From Chrysomallon squamiferum (lineage: Eukaryota > Animalia > Mollusca): DNA of 64,000 nucleotides. A program made the position numbers and the translations under genes. Where the stretch lies: contig CM022673.1 of NCBI GenBank assembly GCA_012295275.1, positions 10,044,001 to 10,108,000 of the forward strand. The letters run 5' to 3'. This document shows positions 1 through 13,233 of this stretch, in pieces (within the stretch, counting starts at the first letter, position 1; each line of letters opens with the position of its first letter). The notes beneath the pieces were generated by a model. The model was not told where the DNA came from. It did no database searches and saw only the letters and a list, made by a program, of their open reading frames with translations.

Positions 1-19
1 TATTTTATTTTATTTACAG

Positions 20-153
20 ACAAAACAGTGATGATAGTGGCTTTTATCAGTCTTGGAATGTTGATGTTTCTGATAGTAGTAACCATGGCAACTCGACACT
101 TCTTAAAAAAGAAACAGCTCTATGGCTACAGATTAATAAAATCAAGAGTGTAG
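20..153 (+). CDS. Last coding exon of an unidentified single-pass (type I-like) membrane protein; the rest of the gene lies upstream of the window
   Basis: Acceptor ttttatttacag ends at 19. Phase-1 frame reads KTVMIVAFISLGMLMFLIVVTMATRHFLKKKQLYGYRLIKSRV then TAG at 151-153: a hydrophobic run of about 21 residues, a basic stop-transfer cluster and a short tail with GYRL. Long AT-rich UTR-like sequence follows. Confidence 0.7.
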
Positions 154-454
154 ATTGTTTTCTTAATTTCCGTATCTATGCATTTTCTCATGCATATCAT
201 TTATTATAAAATTTTTAATATTTATTTTATTATTACTAATTTTTTATAACATTTTATTTTAAATTTGGAGATATTTCTTATAACTTTAATATCTTAGTAA
301 ACATTTTTTATTAATAATCAGAACTTGTGTATGAGAAAATAACTGATAATTTAAATTATAATTTAGATGTAACAAAAATTCTAAAGAAATAGAATTAGAT
401 TAATAATACATTGATACCATTTATGATATATATGTATGTGTATGTGTGTGTGTG

Positions 455-488
<34 letters not shown>

Positions 489-2796
489 AGATTTCACAAG
501 AATCTTTACACAAGACTATTATCCTACAATAATTCTGATACAAAAGTATGCTGCATAATTACTCTTAAGAAACCCTTGTGCATTTTTTGTTAAATATGAA
601 CATGATAAATAGCCATAATTGTTTTTAAATATGCATAAATTATAAATATTTATAAGTTTACTGTCATGGACATGATATTAATTTTGAATTTTTTGTTTGT
701 TTTTTTTTTCTCATTGATAAAATCTTTGTTGAAAGAAATTTATCATTTTCTTTAAAAAAAAAAAAACACAAACATAAATATATATATGTAAATTTAAGTG
801 CCTTATACTTATATATTTTTGGCAATCAGTAATAGACTTCTTTTATATATATATATATATATATTTTTATATATTTTATTATTATATCATTATATGCCAC
901 ATTTTTTACATGTTTAACAAAGATTACAGGAGTAGCTCAATAATGTAACCTTTTTAAATCAAAATATGTCTACTGCAGATATTGGTTATGTTTTTGTTTT
1001 TATTTTTTTATTACTGTTGAAAATTTTAAACATATATACATTTAATATTTCCTGGTAATACTTACTCCTTTTCTTTTTTGATTTGGGAATTTATGTTATT
1101 ATATTAACATATATTTTGAAGATGTTTTGTTATATTTATTTTTATAAATATTCTTATTTCCACTGTATGTGAATGTATATGTTTGAACGAAGTGTATTTT
1201 ATGCATTTCTTCAACAGTTAAAATAATTACTTATAAAACTGTATTTGTATGTGTGTGTGTATATGTGTGTATACTTGCATGTATATCTATGTATATTTCT
1301 ACATGTTTATATATATGTGTGTGTGTGTGTGTCTGTATGTTTCTCACCACACTCATCCATGTATTGTGTAGATATTAATACTCCATGATTGGCTCTCATA
1401 AATGATTATATTTATGAAATTGTGATTCTTTCATTATTAGATTAACGAGTCCATTTCAGTAATATAGCAGTCTTATTAATCTAACAATTCATGTATAATA
1501 ATACCAGTACAGGAAAAACAATACTAAAACAATAAACCAAATAAAATAACATACAATGATTGTGATTATTAACCCTTATATATGCCAGTCTTGAAATATT
1601 AGACTTAAAGGTTTACATATCTATATTGTATTTTAATTTTAAATTCATGTCTTTTCTTTTTTTTCTTATAATTTGAATAATATATCTGCACCATAATTTT
1701 TATATATATATATATATTTGGGTTTTAATTTTGAATTTATTCAGTATATTATTTTCTTAATTTATATTAAAATATTCTTTATAGAAAACATTTTTTTATG
1801 AATCTATAATATTATAATGAAAAGAAAGTTATTCCATTGTGATGTTTTAATTTTAAATTTATGTCAATATTTTATTATTTTTCTTCCAGTATATGAAGAT
1901 ATTTTTTATACTAAATATTTACATAAACATTTTATGATGAACAAAGGTATTTTAAATTTAAGTAAGTATTTTATATAGTGTGTATTAACATATCAGTGAT
2001 ATAAAATGAAACCATTGTGTTTTTTCATCATTATTTGTAGGTCTCAATTACATTCCATTTTTGATAAAGATCTATTTTGTGAAAATAAGATAATACATTA
2101 TTTTCTACTTAACAGAATCCCTATATCATTTTTTTAACATTGAGAATTTACATACATGTGTGTCTTTGTAAATAAACTGCCACTGCATTCTGGCTGTGTC
2201 CTTAAGTGTTTAAAAACTGTTTATTGTATCATAAAATAACAATATAACATTAATATTTATAATAATTTTTTTAATGTTTTTTTTTTTCAAATTTAATTTT
2301 TTGTATTTTATTCAGATAGCACCGTTTTATCTTTTTAATTAACAATCTTGTGACTTCTGTTTATTTTTTTTTCAAATTCATGGATCTAGTTAAAATTTTA
2401 AAGATTGTTGAGTGATTTTAACCATTTTTAAGCCAAAATATGCTGTTTTTGGCATGTTTGTAAGTATGCATGGGATGTTTTTTTTATATATATACTTAGT
2501 TATTTCTTACTTGGGTGTTGGTTACTTATTCTTATATACAGGTACTTTTACACATTACTCTGTTTTTACACTATGCAATTCATTTTTAAAACTGTATTTT
2601 ATTATATTTCTACTGAGATTGTTGAAAACCTCATTATTTTTTATATTTTCAATAGATTTTATCAACAAAACTGATATGTTGTAGTGTGAAGGAAAAAAAA
2701 AATGTATTTTGTTAAACTGACATTTACGTTTTCTCTTTTGTATATTAATGCTATTAAAATATTTTATGAATAAAATGGATGTCCTACTGACTAAAA

Positions 2797-3075
2797 CACA
2801 TTGCCAAACTAAAATTTAAGGTTTCTTTACTAATACTGTTAATAGATTTTATTAATAAAATACACATTGCCAAACTGAAATTTTAAGTTTTCTTTACTGA
2901 TACTGTTAATAGATTTTATTAATAAAATGTATGTTCCAAGGAGTAATATAATATAATATTGCCAAACTGAAATTTTAAGTTTTCTTTACTGATACTGTTA
3001 ATAGATTTTATTAATAAAATGTATGTTCCAAGGAGTAATATAATATAATATTGCCAAATTGAAATTTAAGTTTTC
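2797..3075. repeat. Local tandem duplication (one 67-bp and two 92-bp periods)
   Basis: ttgccaaact(g)aaatt..tttctttact(g/a)atactgttaatagattttattaataaaa recurs. AATAAA falls at 2854, 2921 and 3013, and a fourth partial copy starts near 3050. Confidence 0.9.
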
Positions 3076-4327
3076 CTTCATCTAGTGATACCATTAAAAT
3101 ACAAACCCCTGTGTTTTCACAACAGAAATTGTTACTTTAAAACAGTATTGCAGATTTGTTTTATACTAGTCAGATATATTATTATCAAATTGTTAGTGTA
3201 TTATAATGGGATTCTGGGTTATTGCGTTTAAAAAATTATTCATATTTATGCAAATGTTTTATGATTTACAGGTCTTGTATTTGAAACTAGTGAAATAATT
3301 ACTGTATTATAATAAAGCTTAGGCTGTTGTGTTTATAAAAGATTATCTCAGATTAATTACTTTTGTATTTTATATCACATTTATAACCACCAAAACTCTA
3401 TATTGTTATACCAGGAAAGTGGATTAATAATTATTTATAAAATAGTATTCAAGTTAAATGATGTTTCAAACCCAGTGATACCTTTTTTTTTTTTTTTTTT
3501 TTAGGTTTGTTTGTGTGGTGTTATATTTATCATTTTGTTTGTTAATAAAAATCTATTATCCTATTTATTTCATATAAAAATTATATTTGTACTTGGATCT
3601 ATCTCACATTTTACATGTTTTTGAAAAATAAATATTTTTTGCTCATTTGTTTTGTGTTTTTGGATTACTGATTAGGTTGATTGGATCTGATTCAATGTTA
3701 CAAAAAAGAGATTATTGTCTGGGCTTCTGATATTGAGATTTAAAAATAAATTTTGAACAATGCTTCAAATTTATTCTAGGATCAGATCATTTGTTGAATT
3801 TGCATGCTAAGACTAAATATAATAATTTTATAAATTTTATCTTGAACTGCTTTTTAAATTATTTTAAATATTTAATTCAAACATTAAATTTCAATGCATT
3901 TCCATTACTTTCTGAAATTAATTGTAATTTTGAAATAATTAATATTTTTGTGTACTTCATCTGGAAGCTCTTTTTTGACAACTATGTATACACATACAGA
4001 CAAAAAAAAAAAAAAAAAAAAAAATCAATAACAGCACAAAACAACAAATTTAATTAGTTTTATTAACATACTACATACAATCTTTAATGTGCTGTCAAAA
4101 TTTAACAATTCTTTGTAAAATATTTTTCTTTGTTTCCTTTGTATATCTTATACAACAGTATTTATACAATATTAATGAATAATAATTATACAGGTTTATA
4201 TCTAAAATACATGTACAGATGTTTTTTTTTTATATAAGCAAAAAAAAAAATAATCTATTTCAAGGTAAGTAAGGCAGGTAGTCCATGTTGAAAATGAACT
4301 GGGAACTAGGTGTGTGTCTATATATAA

Positions 4328-4367
<40 letters not shown>

Positions 4368-4532
4368 ATAAATGAAAACAATAAAATATGATAGCTTAAT
4401 TATATCAATCAAGATAATTTTAACAAATTTAATTAAAGGTAAGTTAAAATCTTCTATGGAGGATAGAAACCAAACACATTTTTTTGGAAACTGATTACTT
4501 AATTACTACATTTTTATTCTTTTTCTGTTGAA

Positions 4533-4563
<31 letters not shown>

Positions 4564-5018
4564 AAATGAAAAAAAAAAAAAAAAAAAAAAAACAAAAAAA
4601 AAACTCTTAAAGCTTCTAACATATTGCCTTATTCTTCTCTTTCCCAAGCTGATGGCACTAAAATTTAAAATGACTAGCTAATATATAAAGTGTTAATTTT
4701 AAAATAAGTTCATTCCTACACACACACACACATACACCCTTTAAAATACTTTTATTAATAATTCTGAATAGTCATTTTAAAGTTAGTGGTAGTAGTAGTA
4801 ATAACAGTAGTAGTTAGTAGTAATTGTAATAATAATAATAATGTATTAATAATAATAATGATAATGATAATAATAACGGCAATAATAATATTATTAAAAC
4901 AATAATAAAATAATAAAATATGATTGGGTACATGAGCAATGAACAGAAAATAACAACAAAGCCAAACACTGACATTTGTTTTCTTTGTTTTATGTTCTTG
5001 TTTTTTATGTTATTTTTT

Positions 5019-5059
<41 letters not shown>

Positions 5060-5952
5060 AAAAACCCGACCCCCCCCAGAAAAATAGAAATTGGAATGTT
5101 TATCCATCTGCCTAAAATTTGCAGATTAAAAAAACAACAGAAAACACTGCATACTGCGTCTATGTGTATTTGTTTGTAGTTTGTTTGTCTGTGTTGCATG
5201 TATGTGTGCATATATGTATGTGTGGCTATTTATTTCTGTATCTCTGTAGAAATGTATGTTATCTATGTATGAGGTGAGTGAATGAATAATTTAAACCCTG
5301 ACAACATTACATTGTCAACAAACTTCCCAAAACACATTTTCAGTATCTTAATACAAAATGAAATAGTTCAAATTGTGAGCAGATAATAGATTGATCTTTC
5401 ACACAAATAACAAACACACTGACAGTTGGACATAAGTAAGAATAGGGGGCAATAATGTTTTACAAATATATATATATATATATATCTATATCAAAACAGG
5501 AACTTTGAGAAGAAGTTAAAGCAAATAATAGAAACTACTGAAAGAAGGCAGTATATCGTTGAAGCATCCAAGGCAGGTAATAGTCATATTTTTAACTTTT
5601 TTAAAATTACAGGATATAAATGTTGAAATATCACTGAATTCTGTATAAATAATATATTCGAAATTAATAGCTTGAAAAAATTACATAAATAATTAATGAA
5701 ATCAAAATGTTTTGAGATCTAAATAAACTTAGAATATTTTTTTTAAATAATAATAAAAAAGTGAATGAATTATTATTATTATTATCTTTTAAAATAATGT
5801 TCTGTCACACCTTTAATTAAAAAAAAGAAATAACAATAATAATAGAAAGAAAAAAATCGAGGAAAAAAAACGTTTATGTACCACACTCAAATACACAAAT
5901 TGTTCAATAATAAAATGAAATTCAGATATAATTTCAGTATAACCAGATTATG

Positions 5953-6012
<60 letters not shown>
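5953..6012. repeat. (TTA)n microsatellite
   Basis: Uninterrupted attattatt run. Similar runs occur near 13173-13232, 14530-14595, 19430-19495, 32205-32245 and 58030-58163. Confidence 0.95.
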
Positions 6013-6590
6013 TTTTTCTTTTATAAGAATTTATATTTTGATTTTTCTCTTCTTCAGAAGAGATAATGTAACAAAATTAACGATTTTGATTATTACTTTT
6101 TAACTTGTTTGTTTCCTCAGAATCAAAAATGAAACTGCAATGAAATCACTGCCTTGGAAATTTAAATTAAAAAAAACTAAACATTTTAGACATACCAGTG
6201 AGGTGACCTACAACAAACGGTTTCTGAATATTTTAATATGATTTTTATTTAATATAATGGCAAAATTATTTTTTTGATATCTGTTTTCTGTTAAATAAAC
6301 TTTCTATTTACTTAATAACTTTTAGAGCCTCTAAAATGAGTTCTTATTTTTGTATAAAATTAGGAAAAAAAATAAAAATTAAAATAAAAAAAAAATAATG
6401 TCTTTTCAGGTATTCAGAATAATGCTGTAACTAACTACCAAAGAAGATAGTTACATAAGTTCAACATCAGTTAATTTTATTTGTGTTAAATGATACTTCA
6501 TGACCTAAAATTATTAACTTTCCTCTTGAATAAATAAATAAATAAATAAACAAATAAATAAACAAATAAATAAATAAATAAAAAATGAAA

Positions 6591-6626
<36 letters not shown>

Positions 6627-7056
6627 AAAAAGAAAAAGAAATCAAATCATTTTTAATTTTTGTTTCTAAACAAATGGACAGCTGGTGCTGGACGGACTGG
6701 CACACAAACACAAACACCTGGATGGATATTTGGAGAAAAGTGAAAACTTAAGAGAAAAAGGTTAAACTGCATATTTAAAATTTAATACATCTGTTAGTGA
6801 ACAACAAAACATCTGCTACTAGTTTTGATTACAATACTTTTCATCTAAACATAATTTTAGTTAATAAACCCAAACTCAGTATACAAAATTATTCATCAAA
6901 GAATATTTTTAAAACTGTTTTTCTTTTAAGTCATAAGCTGAATAAAAACAAATTCACATTTTGTAAGAAATTAATTATATGTCCAGAAATTTTTAAATTT
7001 TTTTAAAGAAAAAGATTAATATAATTTCATATCCCTCAGGACACAAAGACAATATA

Positions 7057-7314
7057 CAGGTGCATAATGCTTTATCTTAGAAACTGGAAATGTTTCAGAT
7101 TTTTTAATTTTCTTTTTCCAGAATACAAGAAGACAGCCTGAGTGTAGGATTTAAGTCTAAATACAAATTTCATTTATATTTCATATACAGCTTATATGAA
7201 AAATCTACAGGATTTCCTATATAACATTTTTATTATTTATGATGCCAGTAAATGCAAAACATTTCTCCTGCTGCGAAAAAGTTTTCAATTTCAGAATTTC
7301 TGATAATAGATCTG
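7057..7314 (-). mobile_element. Non-autonomous Tc1/mariner (pogo/Tigger-like) MITE, copy A
   Basis: TA-CAG...CTG-TA termini. The reverse complement (aaattctgaaattgaaaacttttt...tataagctgtatatgaaatataaatgaaatttgtatttagactt...aatctgaaacatttcc) aligns by eye with neighbouring copy B and with my recollection of the Tigger4/Zombi/MER46 consensus. Confidence 0.65.
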
Positions 7315-7327
7315 TAGTTTAATATTA

Positions 7328-7624
7328 CAGGTTGTCCAAAATTCTGAAATCTGAAACTTTTTAAGCAGCTGAGATTGTGAATCATTATAGTTCTGATATA
7401 TAAAGCATTCATAAGCCTTATTTCATGCCTACATTTATTAAAAATATTATTTTAAATACTTGTAGACTATCTGTACAAGATATACACAAAATACAATGAG
7501 TTTCATATTTAGACTTTGATAGTATTTTAATCATATCTCATCATACAATAAAATAAAATAAAAAAATGTAAAGTTCCAAAACATTTCTGGATCCAAGCAT
7601 TTTGGATAAGGATTTCCAAACCTG
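7328..7624 (+). mobile_element. Non-autonomous Tc1/mariner (pogo/Tigger-like) MITE, copy B
   Basis: TA-CAGGTT...AACCTG-TA termini. The 3' end aaaacatttctggatccaagcatttTggataagg..aacctg resembles the Tigger4-type terminus as I recall it. Confidence 0.75.
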
Positions 7625-8350
7625 TACCAAGAATGCTTATAATCAATATTTAAAAAAACAAAAAAAACAAACAAAGAAAATGTGATCTAGGTACTCACTA
7701 TAAACTTGATTTCTTCATGGCAGTGTTGTTAGGAGCTAAGAACTGATGAACTAGTTCTTATATCTCTGTGGTAAATTCAGCATTAGACTGAGAACCAGAG
7801 AATCAACAGTTTTATTCTACACAACTAAAACTGCTGTGTCTCTATTTAATCCTCAGATACGAAAAGTTGCAATGCAATTGTAACCGAAAAGTATTAATTT
7901 TACTGGCTAGCAGGTCCCCATTGGATACAAAAGTTTTAATCATTATTCAACTTTAATCATATTACTGACTGATCTGTTTCTTAAAAATATAGTTTTGTTG
8001 TCTTTTTGTCTCATTAATTCAGAATCAAAATATCAAAAGAAGATGAGAATGCTAGCATTAGCGAAAGTTATTAACTATCAGCACTTGATTTATTGAAAAG
8101 TTCAAAACCAACTTAACATATATCTAAAACAGTCGTAAATAGTCGTAATGATGTCCTTTGATACTTACTGAGAAAAACAAATGTATATATATTTGAAAAG
8201 TAAGAAAATACACTGTTAAGAACAAGCATGGACAGTTTCTGACTTTATTACATAGACAGATGTTAGATATAAGTGAACAGATTAATAAAAATAACAAAAA
8301 GCAAACTTTAATATTGCTGTTATTATTTTTTTATTTTTTTGTTGTTATTG

Positions 8351-8388
<38 letters not shown>

Positions 8389-8483
8389 CCAGAAAAAAGA
8401 AAGACATCTGTTAATTGCCTAGTTTCAAGAGTTGATAAATTGAAGACAACTTTGTTAATATAAAAATATTCTATATATCTATC

Positions 8484-8514
<31 letters not shown>

Positions 8515-8916
8515 CAATCTCTTGTTATGTACACATATAAATTATGCATATCTTTATGCATATCATTTATGCATACTAATCTGTACATGTTACGATTAAA
8601 CAAACAATACAAATCTTCGGAGGTGACTAAAATTCATTTCAAATGCATGCTGACATTTGACATAAAAAGTATAAAAAATCACACACACATACACACAACC
8701 CTGTTAGCCTGCTATACTAACTGTAAATTACTTTTGTAAATATGAATTTTTTTTTTTTTTTTTAAATGTTAAATCAACTGTTAGTAATCTTCCCATACAT
8801 ATTCCTATATGAACATTCCACAGAAAATAATATAATTTGTTTATCTTTGTAATACCTCATCAACAGCTTATTTTATAAATCTCAGGTATAGGTTCTATGG
8901 GATGCTTAGATCTTCA

Positions 8917-8948
<32 letters not shown>

Positions 8949-9045
8949 TGTTTCTTACTCACCTATTTGATTTAATATATAAATAATTTTTTATATTCAT
9001 TAAGACTTAGTAATGTGTACATGTTTTGGTATGTAAGAATACTGG

Positions 9046-9107
9046 TTAATCTCCAGCAGTCAGAATAATGCCAACCTCGTTCTCTATGAAATATTCTGGG
9101 TGTGAAC
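9046..9107 (-). CDS. Candidate alternative last coding exon of the ANKRD28-family gene
   Basis: Acceptor ttgtatattcag, phase 1 like the donor at 10516. Reads GSHPEYFIENEVGIILTAGD*. A strong donor ag|gtgagt lies at 8963/8962. Confidence 0.45.
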
Positions 9108-9239
9108 CTGAATATACAATTATATATTTCTATTAAATACAATCTATAAGATACTAGCCGAGGATAAAATATAGTCTAAAGATAAAGATATATGAATATA
9201 TATTTGTATATGTATATATTTTCTAGTATATCTCTGACC

Positions 9240-9525
9240 GTTATTTCAATACAGTACGTCCCAAACAGAGATTTTGATTTATGCACATCTCAGATAGATG
9301 TTGTTATGCATATGTATTTCAATTTGGTATATCCCAATCTGAGATTTGATTTATGTACATCCCAAACAGATATTCATATAGAAGTCATGCAGTATTTCAA
9401 TTAGCTACATCCCAAATGGATGTCTATCCATGTGTTTGATTGACATACATCCCTAAACAATGTCTATCCACAAGTCACGCTTACCAATTTCAGTTTAATG
9501 CATCCTAATCTGAGATTTTGATTAA
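9240..9525. repeat. Degenerate tandem repeat with a CATCCCAAA / GAGATTTGATTT core
   Basis: tatttcaat..tccca a..gagatt(t)tgatttatg(c/t)acatc is repeated with a period of about 70-75 bp, plus further partial copies. Confidence 0.65.
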
Positions 9526-9808
9526 CTTTCAAGCCACACTGATTTTTTAAAATTTTCAAACCATGCATACATTTTCTGTTATATACAGCAACTGTATCAC
9601 ACCGGTCATAAACATAATTTATGTAATGCATAGGTAATAACACACACGTGGATCATTTGAACATACTTTTACATGGCACTGTGATCGCGAACATTTACTC
9701 TGACAATACTTATTGTTACTACAGTCCATGCGTGTCACACACGAGTCTTGCAGACGACATACTGGCCATGTCTAGTTACTCTCTCTAGGTATGTACAAAC
9801 TACAAATC

Positions 9809-10001
9809 CTAATAGAACTCTGAATCTGAACTCTGCACAGAGCCAGAGTATTCCTTTTCGTGAATACTGCCTCCCGGACTTCCTCCTGATATCTGGTCAC
9901 TTAGATCTAGATTACGATTACCTCCTGCAAATATACAACAGTGCATGAGAACGGGTGAGCATGAGAGTAAATGAGTGAATGAGCAAATGAGCAAGCGAGC
10001 A

Positions 10002-10064
<63 letters not shown>

Positions 10065-13000
10065 AAAGAATGAACGAGAGATGAGATATAGAAAGAAAAT
10101 AATATTACTTACTGTATTAAATTAACAGTTTTAAAAGACAGTGACACTGAAAATATTTTCCCTTATGTTGTTGGATGCTTTCAGTATTTATTTATTTATT
10201 TTTTATTACAATTTTTTTTAGAAATTTCTTTAAAATAACTTTTAAATTACCAACCCATAAATATATTAAACTAAAATTTATTTACATAATAATAACAACA
10301 ACAACAACAACAACAAAAACAATAATATCATCATCATGAAAATAAAAATACTATTACAAACAATAATGATAAATGGTAATAGCAATAACAATTTACAGTA
10401 ATTAACAATAACTACAACAACATACAAAAATAATAATAATTTATAATAATTAACAACAATAATAGCAATAATAGTAACAATAACACTGGTAATAACAACA
10501 ACAATAATAAACTTACCGAAACAAGGGTGTATGTGATCGAGTCTGACTGAGCGATTCAGTGTGTTGTTTGGTGTCAGACTGAAAGGCATGTGTGCCAGTA
10601 TAATAGCCAGACAGTCAGCCACTCGGTGATTTGGGGCACACGACAGGGCTGGGGTGTGACCTGGTCAAAAAACAACAAAACTCTGCCTCAGACAAACAAA
10701 AACTCTTAAACAGAATTTCTTTAAGTTATTTGTAGTTTTTCGGGGAATTACTGATTTATTTATTTATTTAGTTATTTATATTTTATGAATTTCTTATTTT
10801 AATTACCTATTGGATACACGTTAAAATGATTTTGCATCAGTGTCAACTTGTTTTAAAAGCCAATTTTAAAAAGAATTAAAATTCAAAACAAACACAGTTT
10901 TTAGAATTTACACACACACACTCACACACAACATATATGCACTCATAAACATCAAGCACACACAAACACATACACACACACATATGACATACATAAAACA
11001 CACACAGAGACAGATATTACAGAGATAGAGAGAAAAACAAAACAGTGAAGAGATCACGAAAGACAGAATGAGAAGAGTAATTCAGTAAAGCATAAAAAAG
11101 ACACATGCAAAACAAACACATAAACTCACCATTTTCATCTAGAGCAACCAGGCTGGCACCTTTAGATATCAGATCTTGCACTACAGGAACCAGTCCGTAT
11201 TTGGCTGCCATGTGAAGAGGTCTGTAATCAGATAAAAGCATCAACAGTGAAAGCACATACCATTTTTCAATATTTACAGCTTAATCTAAAATTTTAATGC
11301 ATAAGAACACACAGATTACTAAGAACTCAGCAGGTGAGTGAGCAGTACAAATATTAACACGTTTTTTTTCCCCACTCTTGGCATTCCAAAATATATTCCT
11401 GTTTCTGATTTCAGTATGGCAATTTTTCCTTCCTTCACTGGAAAGTGGTCTATTTCATTTCAGGATATAATTTTTATAAGGTTAAACATTTTAAATGAAC
11501 AATAAAAGAATGGAAATATTTTTTTTTTGTAGGCATTGTGAGAAAATATATTTTGAAAAAGACAAGATTTCCATGTTTCAGCAGGTATTTCAAATCCATG
11601 CCCAGAAGAAAAAATGTTTTTAAAGACTGATTTCATTTTCTGAGTAACTTTAGTGACAACTACATATTTTGTTCTTCAACTGTAAGAACAGTGACCATGT
11701 TAAAAGTTATAACACAAAATCTCTGTTGGACAGCATCACAGTATCACAAGCCCAGTACAATGCTTTGAATGGCTAGATATTTAGTACTTCTGTTACCGTG
11801 ATCAAAATGATTGCCATCAGATGACTACATCTTTTTTTCATTTCAGTTCTTATATTAACGGCCAACAGACTATTGTTTTATCAATGACAGTGTGACGGAT
11901 TATGTCAATTATAAGCTATTTTCAAAAAATACATTGTTTGTTACTTACGTTTTTAATTCGGAGTTAGCGATGTTGATAGTTGTTGAGTCGTGAAGTTTAT
12001 CTAACAACAGCAGAGCCACGTCTTCCCGATGCTGAAATAAATTAAACCAAAAACCAATAAATATAAAGAGTACTATACAAAAAAGAATGAAAGAAAGAAG
12101 GAATGAAAAAGAAGGGAAAAGAAGCAAAAGACAAAAAAAGACAACGAAAATAAAAAAGATAAAAATAAAAAGAGTACTCTGTAGAAAGAATGAAAGATAT
12201 GACTGATGTCACTGTGATTTAGATATTTTCTCTGTTTAGTTAAAATGCTTTCAATAAGTAGACTAGATCTATCACACAGTGAGATCACCTCTCAGCAGTA
12301 ACTTACATGAAAGCAGGCATGATGCAGTGCTGTGTTTTTATCTTCATCAGTTACTGTCAAGTCTGCTGCATGATCAAGAAGAAGCCCTGTAAATTGAAGG
12401 ATAACAACAAAATAATAAAAATATATAAAAAGAACACAATATCTGTTTCATCCAGCAGAACCACACAACAATAAGAAAAACTCTTGAAGTTGAAGATAAA
12501 TTAATACAATATAAAGACCAAAAATCTCTCATGATAATTAAACTAACAAGAGAAAGACAATGCAAATTTTTACATTAATTACTTTCCTAGGTCAGTAATA
12601 AGATACACTGCTACCAAATACCAGGAATGTATTTTTGTTTAGAAAATTTCTATACATAGAAAAGCCCTTCATCTACAGATTATGAGACATTGTTTGGAAT
12701 GGGAAATCACTCACAGGTGAGATTTGATCTCTTCTCAAATACGTTTTCTCTCTCTAACCTAGTTTACTTCATAATAATCACAACTGTTTTCACTGCTGAG
12801 TTGTGAACTGTTCCTCTCAGAATGGAACAACCCACTTAACCAAAAAGATAACTGTTTAGACTCCCTAACAAATGTGAGTCATTCTGACAACTTCAGTACT
12901 TCTTCACATGCATAAATAAAGGTTTATGATGGGCAATCAGAACGTTTTAAACAAATTCTTACCAACAGCTCCGATGTTGCCGTTGGCCGCTGCGTACATT

Positions 13001-13166
13001 ATCGGCGTCCTACCCGAAAAGTCTAATATATTAACATCTGCTTTGTGATTTAGTAAAATTTGCATAGATTCTCCCTGGTCGGTGTATGCTGCTGCGTGAA
13101 GTGGGGTTCTGAAAAACAAACAATGATTCTGTTAAAAATATGTGTGAAAAGAAATCTTTATTATTG

Positions 13167-13233
<67 letters not shown>

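Noticed and set aside
411-8739. Short ORFs rich in poly-K, F, Y, I or N between the first exon and the ANKRD end
   Set aside because: They are translations of poly-A/T and (TA)n, (TTA)n, (CA)n runs, with no homology or codon structure.
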